From assembly GCA_043808785.1 (NCBI GenBank), contig JAZDEL010000009.1, positions 60,001 to 92,000 of the forward strand: a stretch of 32,000 nt of DNA. The letters run 5' to 3'. Below, piece after piece: positions 7,942 to 15,543 of this stretch. The translations under genes were made by a program, and so were the position numbers. Numbering within the stretch: position 1 is the stretch's first letter; every line of letters begins with the position of its first letter. The DNA comes from Candidatus Iainarchaeum sp. Its GTDB lineage: Archaea > Iainarchaeota > Iainarchaeia > Iainarchaeales > JAZDEL01. A model generated the notes under the pieces. It was given only the letters and a program-made list of their open reading frames with translations. It was not told the DNA's origin and ran no database searches.

Positions 7942-8637
7942 TTATCCCGCTATCCTGTCTTTCAGGCCCTCGAGCTTGGGGTCCCTTGGTTCAAGTGCGT
8001 TTCCGCGCCTTTTTGCCGAAGCCCCCTTGTTTTTGGGCATTGAAACCCTTGCAGTGAGCCTTGAGATAAACGCAATAAGCAGCACTGCCGCAATAACCAC
8101 AAGCACGATATCGAGCAGGAGCTCTCCCGTTGCCCCGCTGAAAATTCCCCCGAATGCGGTAACCATTCCGCCGAGGTTAAACAGCCCTTCCGTTTCCCCG
8201 TTGCCTGTTCCGCCACCCTGTGTTCCGCCCTGAACTGTTCCTGCGCTTTCGCCCGCCTTTAAAAACCCAAGTGTTATTTTCCTCTCGTCCCTGGTTCCGC
8301 CGAGGGTTACCGCGACAGTCGCGGTGTATGTCGAGCCGCGCAGTTTCTCCGAGGGCGGGAATTTTATTTTCACTTCCGCCTTTTCGCCCGCGCCGAGGAA
8401 TTCCGGCGCGCTTATTTCGCTATCCACAGGAGCGAAAGCCTCTATCATGAGGCCCTTCCCTTCCCCCGAAGGGTTTGATACCGTGAACCTTATCTCGCCG
8501 CCGCTGTCCCCGATTTTAACGTTTTCGGGGAACGCCGCTACCGCGGCATATGCCGTGCCCGCAACCGCAAGGCAGGCAAGAATTGCGGCAACCGCGAACA
8601 CGGATACCAGTGGTTTACAAGCCATGAGAACAACCAT
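7942..8637 (-). CDS. secreted single beta-sandwich protein with Gly-rich linker, C-terminal TM anchor and basic tail
   Basis: The signal peptide is KPLVSVFAVAAILACLAVAGTAYA. A CARDB-like module follows (GGEIRFTVSNPSGEGKGLMIEAF...GAGEKAEVKIKF...YTATVAVT). Then come GGTQGGGTGNGETEGLFNL, the TM helix LLLDIVLVVIAAVLLIAFI and a basic tail. An alternative start is ATG 8625. Confidence 0.8.
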   Translation of the reverse strand: MVVLMACKPLVSVFAVAAILACLAVAGTAYAAVAAFPENVKIGDSGGEIRFTVSNPSGEGKGLMIEAFAPVDSEISAPEFLGAGEKAEVKIKFPPSEKLRGSTYTATVAVTLGGTRDERKITLGFLKAGESAGTVQGGTQGGGTGNGETEGLFNLGGMVTAFGGIFSGATGELLLDIVLVVIAAVLLIAFISRLTARVSMPKNKGASAKRRGNALEPRDPKLEGLKDRIAG

Positions 8638-8778
8638 TCACTCATTAACATTAATGTGTTGTTACTACTATATTGTAGCAACTGAAGTATATAAAGGTTT
8701 CGTTTGGCCCCCTCGCAGGGAAAATTTGCCGCCCTGCTGCACAATAATACTCATTTTTAAATTCTAGAATACTATATA
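8638..8778. promoter_or_regulatory. AT-rich divergent promoter region between the surface operon and the Cys-rich repeat gene
   Basis: Several TATA-like boxes are present on both strands: GTATATAAAGG 8687-8697, TTTTTAAATT 8754-8763 and ACTATATAAT 8771-8780. The exact boxes in use cannot be assigned from sequence. Confidence 0.45.
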
Positions 8779-11478
8779 ATGGGGGCGGGGGAACTGGCTT
8801 TGTTGCTTAAATCCGGAGTTTGGGGCGGGGTTTTGCTTGCAATGGCTGCCCTGGCGTTGTTCGGGGCACTGATTTACGTTGCGCTTCCCGGCTTGGATTT
8901 GCAGGGCACGCCTGCGCAGGGTCAAAACGCGCCTTCGCGGGGCACCGGGCTTTTCACGCTTTTCTTCAGCACATGTAACCCCAACGGAAACTGCCAGCCC
9001 CAGCAGGGCGAGAGCTATTCAACCTGCCCCGAGGATTGCTGCGATGCCGACTGCACGGATTACCAGGACAGCCTCTGCCATGCCGAATGCCAGGGCTACA
9101 ACGGATGCTCGTTCACAAGCGGGTGCAACGGCCTTGCAATAGACACAAATATCTGCATCAGCACAACGCAGCGTGCCGCGTGCTGCTCAGGCTCCGGGCA
9201 GAGCTGCTCGCAGAACCAGTACTGTTCGGGGGGAGGCTGCATTACCTGCTCCACAGTTTGCGACAACACCTGCCAGGGTGCGCAGTGCTACGGCATAGAC
9301 CCGGATTGCGATGCCTCGGGCAACCCCACAGGCCAGTGCTGCGGCAACGGCGTATGCAATGTTGCGGAAACATGCTTCACCTGCAGTGCGGACTGCGGCA
9401 GCCCGGCATGCACCGCGGACGCGAACTGCAATGACGGCAACTCCTCGACAAAGGATGCATGCATAGGCGCAGGCACATGCTCCGCATACTGCCAGAACTG
9501 CTATGTTGCCTGCGACAGCAATGCCTCGTGCAATGACGGCAATTCATTCACGCAGGACACCTGCACTAATCCCGGCACCTGCAATTCCGCGTGCTCTTAC
9601 TGCACGATTAAGTGCAGTTCCGATGCCGCATGCAATGACAATAACTCCTCCACAACCGACTTATGCATAAGCCCGGGTACATGCCCCTCCTACTGCTCTA
9701 ACGCCTCCTCCGGGTGTACGCCGGCCTGCTACACGGACGCGAACTGCAGCGACAGCAATTCGTTCACGCAGGACACATGCACTAACGCGGGCACATGCAC
9801 CGCAGCCTGCCTGCACACCCCATGCACAATCGCCTGCACCTCGAACGCGCAGTGCGACGACAGCAATTCCCTTACTTCGGACACCTGCACTAACGCGGGC
9901 ACATGCACTGCGTCATGCACGCATTCCGCCGCTTCCTGCGAAATCATATGCGCATCGAATGCCGACTGCGACGACGGCATTGCCTCCACAACCGACACCT
10001 GCACAAATGCAGGCACATGCAACGCATACTGCGAGAACACCCTTGCGGAAGAGGGGCAGGATGGGCAGCAGGGCGGGGAGGATAACTGCGCAATCGCATG
10101 CTCCTCTGCGGGGGATTGCGACGACCGCGATGCCCTTACCTCGGATTCCTGCGGCGCTGCCGGAACCTGCAGTGCGGAATGCCGCCATGCGCTTGCCTCC
10201 CCCGCTGCCCTGAACTTCAAAACCTCCCCGCCGAAAACAATACAGCGCGGGCAGAAACTTACGCTTGCTGCCGAGTTCCTTGCCGGCGGCAATCCCGTGG
10301 CAGGCGCCGCACTTGCGCTTTCAGGCACTAAAGGCGAATCCGCAAAGTTCGGGGCAGCAAAAGGCGGAGGCTACCTGGTTTCGTATGAAATCCCCATAGA
10401 TGCCGCGCTCGGGGAGCGCGAGTTCACGGTTTCCGCAAAAAAGGTGCACGCGCTCGGAACGCTTGAGGCCGAGAAAAAGTTCAAGGTTAACGTCGGGCCT
10501 GCGGAGCTCCTTATAACCCTCCTTAAGCCGAAAGCCGCGGACATTAATGCAGGCATCCCTGTAGCCATCGAGGTCGGCATCGCATACCCCTCGGGGGAAG
10601 CCGCAAATGATGCCGAACTGACAGCGGAAATCAACGGCGCGCCCGTTGTTTTCACAAAGCTGCGCGACGGTGTTTATTCCGCGCAGTACACATTCACTTC
10701 CGCGCAGGCGGGCGCGGCAGACCTAACCATGCAGGCAACCGATGCCTACGCAAACCTCGGCTCGAAATCGGTTTCCCTGAATGTGCAGAAGCAGGGCATT
10801 GACCTGCTCCTTGCCCTGCTTTTGGTGCTTTTCGGCGCGCTTGTTCTCGGCATAATAGGCCTCATACTCCTGCTAATAGCCGCGTTGCTTGCCTTTGCCT
10901 CCCTTGCTTATATGAAGGAGCGCAGGGTTGCTGAAATTCTGGCGAGAAAAAAGTGGCTTTTTGCCGCTAAAAATTCCGCAGCTGAAAAGCTCAGGAAAAA
11001 CGAAATCAGCAGGGCGCAATATGATGAACTGTCCGCGAAATACGACTTGGAGATAAAAAAACTTGACGAGTCGCTTGCATTCCTTGAAAAGAGGCGCCCA
11101 ATAGGCGACATATTCCACGATTTGGGGGTTAAGGCAAGGGCATTCATAGATTCGACCGCGCCTGTGCAGCCTAAGCAGGGCGGGGCTGTGCAGGGCAAGA
11201 CTTCAGGGCCTGCACAGGCCGAACCAGGCAAACCATGGCGTGCCAAGCAGGGCGCACAGGCGCAGGCCAAGGCAGCCCCTCCCAAGCCGCTTTCGCCAGA
11301 GGAACGTGCAAAGGTCGATACTGAAATAAACGAAGTTAAGGAAACAATGAAAATCCTTGAAAAGGAATATTTCAAGCGCGCCTTGACGGATCAGGAATAT
11401 AGGCAGAGGATGTTCGACCTGAAGACAAGGCTGCACCTTCTCGAGCTTAAGAAGGGCGGGGGCCTGAGGAAGGGGTAA
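8779..11478 (+). CDS. bitopic Cys-rich repeat surface protein: N-terminal anchor, about 400-aa Cys-rich ectodomain with 7 tandem six-Cys modules, Ig-like region, TM helix, cytoplasmic coiled-coil tail
   Basis: The 899-aa ORF has an N-terminal helix VWGGVLLAMAALALFGALIYVAL. CGNG.C....C..DC-type modules are followed by seven C-x5-C-(N/D)D-x-N-x2-T-x-D-x-C-x5-C-x3-C repeats. The second TM is LLLALLLVLFGALVLGIIGLILLLIAALLAFASLAY. The K/E/Q-rich tail has SHOCT-like motifs. Confidence 0.9.
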   Translation: MGAGELALLLKSGVWGGVLLAMAALALFGALIYVALPGLDLQGTPAQGQNAPSRGTGLFTLFFSTCNPNGNCQPQQGESYSTCPEDCCDADCTDYQDSLCHAECQGYNGCSFTSGCNGLAIDTNICISTTQRAACCSGSGQSCSQNQYCSGGGCITCSTVCDNTCQGAQCYGIDPDCDASGNPTGQCCGNGVCNVAETCFTCSADCGSPACTADANCNDGNSSTKDACIGAGTCSAYCQNCYVACDSNASCNDGNSFTQDTCTNPGTCNSACSYCTIKCSSDAACNDNNSSTTDLCISPGTCPSYCSNASSGCTPACYTDANCSDSNSFTQDTCTNAGTCTAACLHTPCTIACTSNAQCDDSNSLTSDTCTNAGTCTASCTHSAASCEIICASNADCDDGIASTTDTCTNAGTCNAYCENTLAEEGQDGQQGGEDNCAIACSSAGDCDDRDALTSDSCGAAGTCSAECRHALASPAALNFKTSPPKTIQRGQKLTLAAEFLAGGNPVAGAALALSGTKGESAKFGAAKGGGYLVSYEIPIDAALGEREFTVSAKKVHALGTLEAEKKFKVNVGPAELLITLLKPKAADINAGIPVAIEVGIAYPSGEAANDAELTAEINGAPVVFTKLRDGVYSAQYTFTSAQAGAADLTMQATDAYANLGSKSVSLNVQKQGIDLLLALLLVLFGALVLGIIGLILLLIAALLAFASLAYMKERRVAEILARKKWLFAAKNSAAEKLRKNEISRAQYDELSAKYDLEIKKLDESLAFLEKRRPIGDIFHDLGVKARAFIDSTAPVQPKQGGAVQGKTSGPAQAEPGKPWRAKQGAQAQAKAAPPKPLSPEERAKVDTEINEVKETMKILEKEYFKRALTDQEYRQRMFDLKTRLHLLELKKGGGLRKG
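9409..10185 (+). repeat. seven tandem about 34-50-codon six-cysteine modules (in-frame coding repeat)
   Basis: Modules start at C211, C245, C279, C317, C353, C391 and C441. Modules 2, 4 and 5 share long near-identical DNA stretches (ttcacgcaggacac(c/a)tgcactaa... and tgcactaacgcgggcacatgcac). Confidence 0.85.
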
Positions 11479-11585
11479 GCGTCTCCCCCCTGGTTTCTGC
11501 ACGCCACGCAACTGCTAATCGTGCCCCATTTCCGCACCGAATTCGGATGTTTTCCCGCGCAGTTTTGCCCCGTGCTTCGGCCCCC

Positions 11586-12248
11586 TCAAATCCAGCGCAC
11601 TCCCTTCTTTCCCCTCGAAACTATCGCACCCAGCACGTCGCTCTTTGTTATTATCCCTCTTATTTTCCCCCCGCGCCCGACAAGTACGGCTTGCCCCGAA
11701 TCAAGCAGTGCGGAAACAACCCCGAGCGGGGAATTTTCCCTTATCACAGGCATTGCCTCATCCATGACTTCCTTCACAAGCATCTTTCCCAGGTCTGCGG
11801 GCTTCTCGGACTTGCCTATGCGCGTGAGTATAAACATTTCCGAAACCGTCCCCACTGGCTTGTCATCCTCGAAAACAGGCAATTGGGAAACCGCGTTCTT
11901 TTTCATCACCTGCACCGCCCTTTTCACGGTGTCCTGCGGCCTTACGCTTATCACCCTTGCGCTCATCACGTCCTTTGCCTGCAGTTCGGTTTCCCTGTGC
12001 ATCGCGTCAAGCAAATCGAATATGCGCTTGGCATTATCGTAACTTGGCACAAGCACGCCCGACTCCATCTTTGCAATCAGCGACTGCGACACAGCTGCCT
12101 TTGCGGCGAGTTCCGCCTGGGTAAGCCCAAATTGTTTTCGCCTTTGTTTTATTTCATTTAATTCGGGAAGCACATGAACCAACCCCGCCCCTGCCCATTG
12201 TGCCCGCCAAATGCGGGAAGCATATTCGATTATTATGCCTGCAAACAT
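11586..12248 (-). CDS. XRE-type HTH plus CBS-pair transcriptional regulator
   Basis: The HTH is LNEIKQRRKQFGLTQAELAAKAAVSQSLIAKMESG. Two CBS motifs follow (VMSARVISVRPQDTVKRAVQVMKKNAVSQLPVFEDDKPVGTVSE; VMDEAMPVIRENSPLGVVSALLDSGQAVLVGRGGKIRGIITKSDVL). The true start may be downstream (TTG or GTG near 12176-12185). Confidence 0.85.
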   Translation of the reverse strand: MFAGIIIEYASRIWRAQWAGAGLVHVLPELNEIKQRRKQFGLTQAELAAKAAVSQSLIAKMESGVLVPSYDNAKRIFDLLDAMHRETELQAKDVMSARVISVRPQDTVKRAVQVMKKNAVSQLPVFEDDKPVGTVSEMFILTRIGKSEKPADLGKMLVKEVMDEAMPVIRENSPLGVVSALLDSGQAVLVGRGGKIRGIITKSDVLGAIVSRGKKGVRWI

Positions 12249-12357
12249 TTATAACCCTTATTCCTATGCGAATATTTTATTCAATAATTATTATTAATAA
12301 TCCCGTGCACTATTTGTGTAATATCATTCATATTCTCTTCACTTCGGAGGTTTTCTT

Positions 12358-13566
12358 ATGAAACAGGGAAAATATTTCTTCACGTCGGAGTCCGTAACCG
12401 AGGGGCACCCGGACAAGATGTGCGACCAGATAAGCGATGCCGTGCTCGATGCGGTTTTCGAAAAGGACCCTAACGCACGCGTTGCGTGCGAGTGCGTAAC
12501 TAAAACAGGGATTGTTTTCGTCACGGGCGAGATTACCACAAATACCTATGTCGATATCCAGCGCGTCGTGCGCGACACGATAAAGGACATAGGCTACGAC
12601 GACCCTTCTTTCGGGTTCGACGCCGACGGCTGCGGGGTTATTGCCGCAATCTCCGAGCAGAGCCCCGATATATCCATGGGCGTTACAGAGGGCGAGGGGC
12701 ACGAGCAAGGGGCGGGAGACCAGGGAATGATGTTCGGCTACGCGACAAATGAAACCCCCGAATACATGCCTTTGCCTATTGTGCTCGCGCACAAGCTTGT
12801 GAAGAAACTCTCCGAAGTGCGCAGGGCGAAGGAACTCACATATTTGCGCCCGGACGGAAAAAGCCAGGTTACCGTTGAATACGACAGCGGAAAGCCGATA
12901 AGGGTTGACGCTGTAGTGATTGCGGCACAGCACGCGCCCGATATAACGCACGACCAGATTAAGCAGGACATTATAGGGAAAGTGATTAAGCCCGTCTGCG
13001 GCGAGTGGATTGACGGGAAAACAAAATTCTTCGTGAACGAGACGGGAAAGTTCATTGTTGGCGGCCCTGTTGCGGATTCAGGCCTCACGGGGAGAAAGAT
13101 AATCGTGGACACATACGGCGGCCACGGCTCGCACGGAGGGGGGTGCTTCTCGGGAAAGGACCCCTCGAAAGTGGACAGGAGCGGGGCATATGCTGCGCGC
13201 TACATTGCGAAGAACATAGTCGCTGCCGGCCTCGCGGACAAGTGCGAGGTGCAGTTGGCATACGCAATCGGCGTTGCCGAACCTGTCAGCATTCTGGTGC
13301 ACACCTTCCGCACCAACAAAATCCCCGAGGAAAAAATCTCGGAGTTGGTTCGCAAACACTTCCCCCTGAAGCCGAGGGCGATAATTGACCATCTCAAACT
13401 GCGCAGGCCGATTTTCAGGAAAACCGCGGCATTCGGGCATTTCGGCAGGAACGACCCCGATTTCACATGGGAGAAAACGGATAAAGTCGAGGCGCTGAAG
13501 AAGGATGCAGGGCACCTGCACAAGCCAGCAGTGAGCGGGGATAAGGTGCCGCTGGACGGCGCCTGA
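12358..13566 (+). CDS. metK: S-adenosylmethionine synthetase, bacterial/eukaryotic type
   Basis: [37 protein letters not shown] and [50 protein letters not shown] are near-identical to the E. coli MetK signatures. GGAGG at 12346-12350 lies 7 nt upstream of the ATG. Confidence 0.97.
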   Translation: MKQGKYFFTSESVTEGHPDKMCDQISDAVLDAVFEKDPNARVACECVTKTGIVFVTGEITTNTYVDIQRVVRDTIKDIGYDDPSFGFDADGCGVIAAISEQSPDISMGVTEGEGHEQGAGDQGMMFGYATNETPEYMPLPIVLAHKLVKKLSEVRRAKELTYLRPDGKSQVTVEYDSGKPIRVDAVVIAAQHAPDITHDQIKQDIIGKVIKPVCGEWIDGKTKFFVNETGKFIVGGPVADSGLTGRKIIVDTYGGHGSHGGGCFSGKDPSKVDRSGAYAARYIAKNIVAAGLADKCEVQLAYAIGVAEPVSILVHTFRTNKIPEEKISELVRKHFPLKPRAIIDHLKLRRPIFRKTAAFGHFGRNDPDFTWEKTDKVEALKKDAGHLHKPAVSGDKVPLDGA

Positions 13567-13596
13567 GTTTTGCGGCAATGCAGGTTCAATTTCGGA

Positions 13597-13619
13597 AAGG
13601 GGCGCATTTTGCGCCCCTT
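13597..13619. terminator. perfect 9-bp hairpin between convergent metK and the 13618 gene
   Basis: AAGGGGCGC-ATTTT-GCGCCCCTT. It overlaps the stop codon of the minus-strand gene and lies 31 nt after the metK stop. Confidence 0.55.
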
Positions 13620-14928
13620 ATGCTCTCTTCCCCCGCGCTTTTCTTAAATTGCGGTCAAAACCGTCGTCAAAATTAAGATTTTTTTTCTTCCGTTGGTCTT
13701 TTGCTACCTCATTTCGTATGCTCCCCTTTATGAATTTCGCAAAATAGCCGTCTATGTTTTTGAAATTCCTGGCATATTTGAGCGCATTTAGAATCCCAAT
13801 TCGCCCATAGTGCATTTTCGCCGCAAATGTAACGTTCATAGCGCCCGGGATGTGTTTCCCTGAAATAATCCTATTAAGTGGTGCGTAAACTTCCAGCAAT
13901 TTCTCCTTTGCTTTAATATCCCCCCGTGCTGCCGAGACAATTAGCCCTTTCTTATCCTCCAGCGGCAGACCCTCATATGTTTGGCTTCCTATTCTCCCCA
14001 GCACCTCTCTGCTGACTGGCGTTCTCTTCAGTTCCTCGTGCTCCCTGACGGCGCGAGCCTTTTGCCTGATTGCCCTCTTGTTTTCTTCGCCTAGGGGCAG
14101 CTGGAGGTTTCTGGAAAATCTGCTTAGGTCTGTTATGCCTGCCCCTAATGCCCTCAAAATGCATTGTGCATTCTCTTTGAGCCTCTCCATGCCGGTTTCC
14201 ATGAGTTCGTTATAGCCCCGCATTTTGGGGGTTATCCCGATATTTTTCAGAAATTCCCGTTTCGCCCCCTCAACATGCTTGGGCACGACCCTCCCCTTGC
14301 TCAGCCGCAGGCGCAAGCGCTGGAAGTCCGGAACGCTGATGCACTGCGCCCCCAGGAAATCCCGCACCCAGCCGTGCCTTTTGCAAATCTTCCTTACGCT
14401 CTCTATGTGCATGTTTGTCGCCCCTTCTCCCTTTAGGACATCAAACGCGTATTCAAAAGGGACAATTCTCCTCATTTCCAGGAAGAGGTTGTTTATTGCC
14501 CAATTGGGCACCCGCCACTGCCCCCCTTTCTTAACCGCGCCGTTTATTTTGCCCTGCTCGCACAACTGTGCCATGGATGCCCTGGTAATGCCAAGCATCC
14601 CGGCAGCGTCCTGGGCACTCACCGCATTCTTGTGCGCCAGCAGCCGCTCCATCTGCTGCCCATCAATTACTATCCGCCCCCTCTCAACAGTTTTTAGCCC
14701 CAACTCGCCCCTGTTGATTTTGTTTCTCAGGGGCTGTATCTTAAATCCGCTTTCCTCAGCAGCCTCGCGGACACTATATGTGCCCTTTTTTGGCTCCACC
14801 TTTGGCAGCAGTTTCGGTTCTGCATCTTTCCAGAGCCCCCTTAGTTCTGAGGCAGGGTGCCCTTTGGAAAGGCCTGAAAGGTAGCGCAGAGTGCGCGCAT
14901 AAGCCTCTTTCTGTATTCTCCGTCTCAT
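13618..14928 (-). CDS. DNA-binding protein: two excisionase/MerR-type HTH domains plus a C-terminal sigma-70 region-2-like domain
   Basis: HTH-like segments are YSVREAAEESGFKIQPLRNKINRGELGLKTVERGRIVIDGQQMERLL and VSAQDAAGMLGITRASMAQLCEQGKINGAVKKGGQWRVPNWAI. The C-terminal GDIKAKEKLLEVYAPLNRIISGKH...GRIGILNALKYARNFKNIDGYFAKFIKGSIRNEVAKDQ aligns by eye to RpoD region 2. The gene is AT-richer than its neighbours. Confidence 0.75.
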   Translation of the reverse strand: MRRRIQKEAYARTLRYLSGLSKGHPASELRGLWKDAEPKLLPKVEPKKGTYSVREAAEESGFKIQPLRNKINRGELGLKTVERGRIVIDGQQMERLLAHKNAVSAQDAAGMLGITRASMAQLCEQGKINGAVKKGGQWRVPNWAINNLFLEMRRIVPFEYAFDVLKGEGATNMHIESVRKICKRHGWVRDFLGAQCISVPDFQRLRLRLSKGRVVPKHVEGAKREFLKNIGITPKMRGYNELMETGMERLKENAQCILRALGAGITDLSRFSRNLQLPLGEENKRAIRQKARAVREHEELKRTPVSREVLGRIGSQTYEGLPLEDKKGLIVSAARGDIKAKEKLLEVYAPLNRIISGKHIPGAMNVTFAAKMHYGRIGILNALKYARNFKNIDGYFAKFIKGSIRNEVAKDQRKKKNLNFDDGFDRNLRKARGKRA

Positions 14929-15042
14929 TTGTTATCGTTAATACAACGAATGCCTGCTTAATTAACTTTACTTTGCGGGTGCTGCCCAACCTGGAGAGCA
15001 AGAACATAAGCGCGGGATGGTTCGCTCTTCGGGGAGAAATAG

Positions 15043-15053
15043 TTTTTAAATTA
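15043..15053 (+). promoter_or_regulatory. TATA-box-like element (TTTTTAAATTA) for the YbaK-like gene
   Basis: It is centred 28 nt upstream of ATG 15076 with no Shine-Dalgarno, so the transcript is probably leaderless. Confidence 0.5.
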
Positions 15054-15075
15054 GTCCCCCCTATTTTTCCTTGGC

Positions 15076-15543
15076 ATGCTCGATGACTTTCTGGAGGCGA
15101 ACGGCCTCAAGGCGGAGCTTTTAGTTCCCAAGCGCCCCCTGCGCACCGCTCACGACATTCCGCGCTCGCTTGGGGTCGAAGCCGCAAATGTTGCGCAATG
15201 CGTTCTCGCGCTTGTAGGTACGGCAAAGCGCGCGGAGCACAACGAGGCAATCCTGATTGTCCTTCCTCTCGCGAAAAAATTCGGTGAGGAGGAACTGCAC
15301 GAACTTCTTGGTGCATCAATAGGGGTTCGCTTTGCAACAGAGCACGAAACAGAGGACCTTACAGGCTACCCCGCGGAATTTGTCCCCGTGGTCAGCGTTT
15401 ACGGCGTGCGCACCCTCATAGATGCGGAACTCATGAAAAAGGAATTCATCTACTGCGCAGGCGGGGAAGCGGAGCACGTTCTGAAAATCACGCCCGCGGA
15501 ACTGAAGGAGAACACGGAAGGGATTGAGGAGATTGATGCATGA
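15076..15543 (+). CDS. YbaK/EbsC-type aminoacyl-tRNA deacylase domain protein
   Basis: The 155-aa ORF has the layout typical of the YbaK/ProRS-associated editing domain: KCVLALVG...ILIVLPLAKKFGEEELHELLG...VRFATEHETEDLTGYPAEFVPVVSVYGVRTLIDAEL...IYCAGGEAEHVLKITPAEL. Confidence 0.7.
   Translation: MLDDFLEANGLKAELLVPKRPLRTAHDIPRSLGVEAANVAQCVLALVGTAKRAEHNEAILIVLPLAKKFGEEELHELLGASIGVRFATEHETEDLTGYPAEFVPVVSVYGVRTLIDAELMKKEFIYCAGGEAEHVLKITPAELKENTEGIEEIDA

Noticed and set aside
12249-12357. A possible SAM (S-box) riboswitch in the metK leader.
   Set aside because: The leader is short and very AT-rich. It lacks the GC-rich four-helix junction and conserved S-box segments, so I have no support for any SAM riboswitch class from inspection.
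12328-13607. Minus-strand ORFs lie over metK (12328..12951, 12738..13112, 13078..13578, 13200..13607).
   Set aside because: metK on the plus strand is certain, and these are antisense frames with no motifs.
14929-15042. The intergenic segment upstream of the sigma-like gene was checked for a tRNA or att site as a possible integration target.
   Set aside because: There is no cloverleaf-compatible pairing. No direct repeat matches sequence at the other end of the AT-rich gene (13567-13617).
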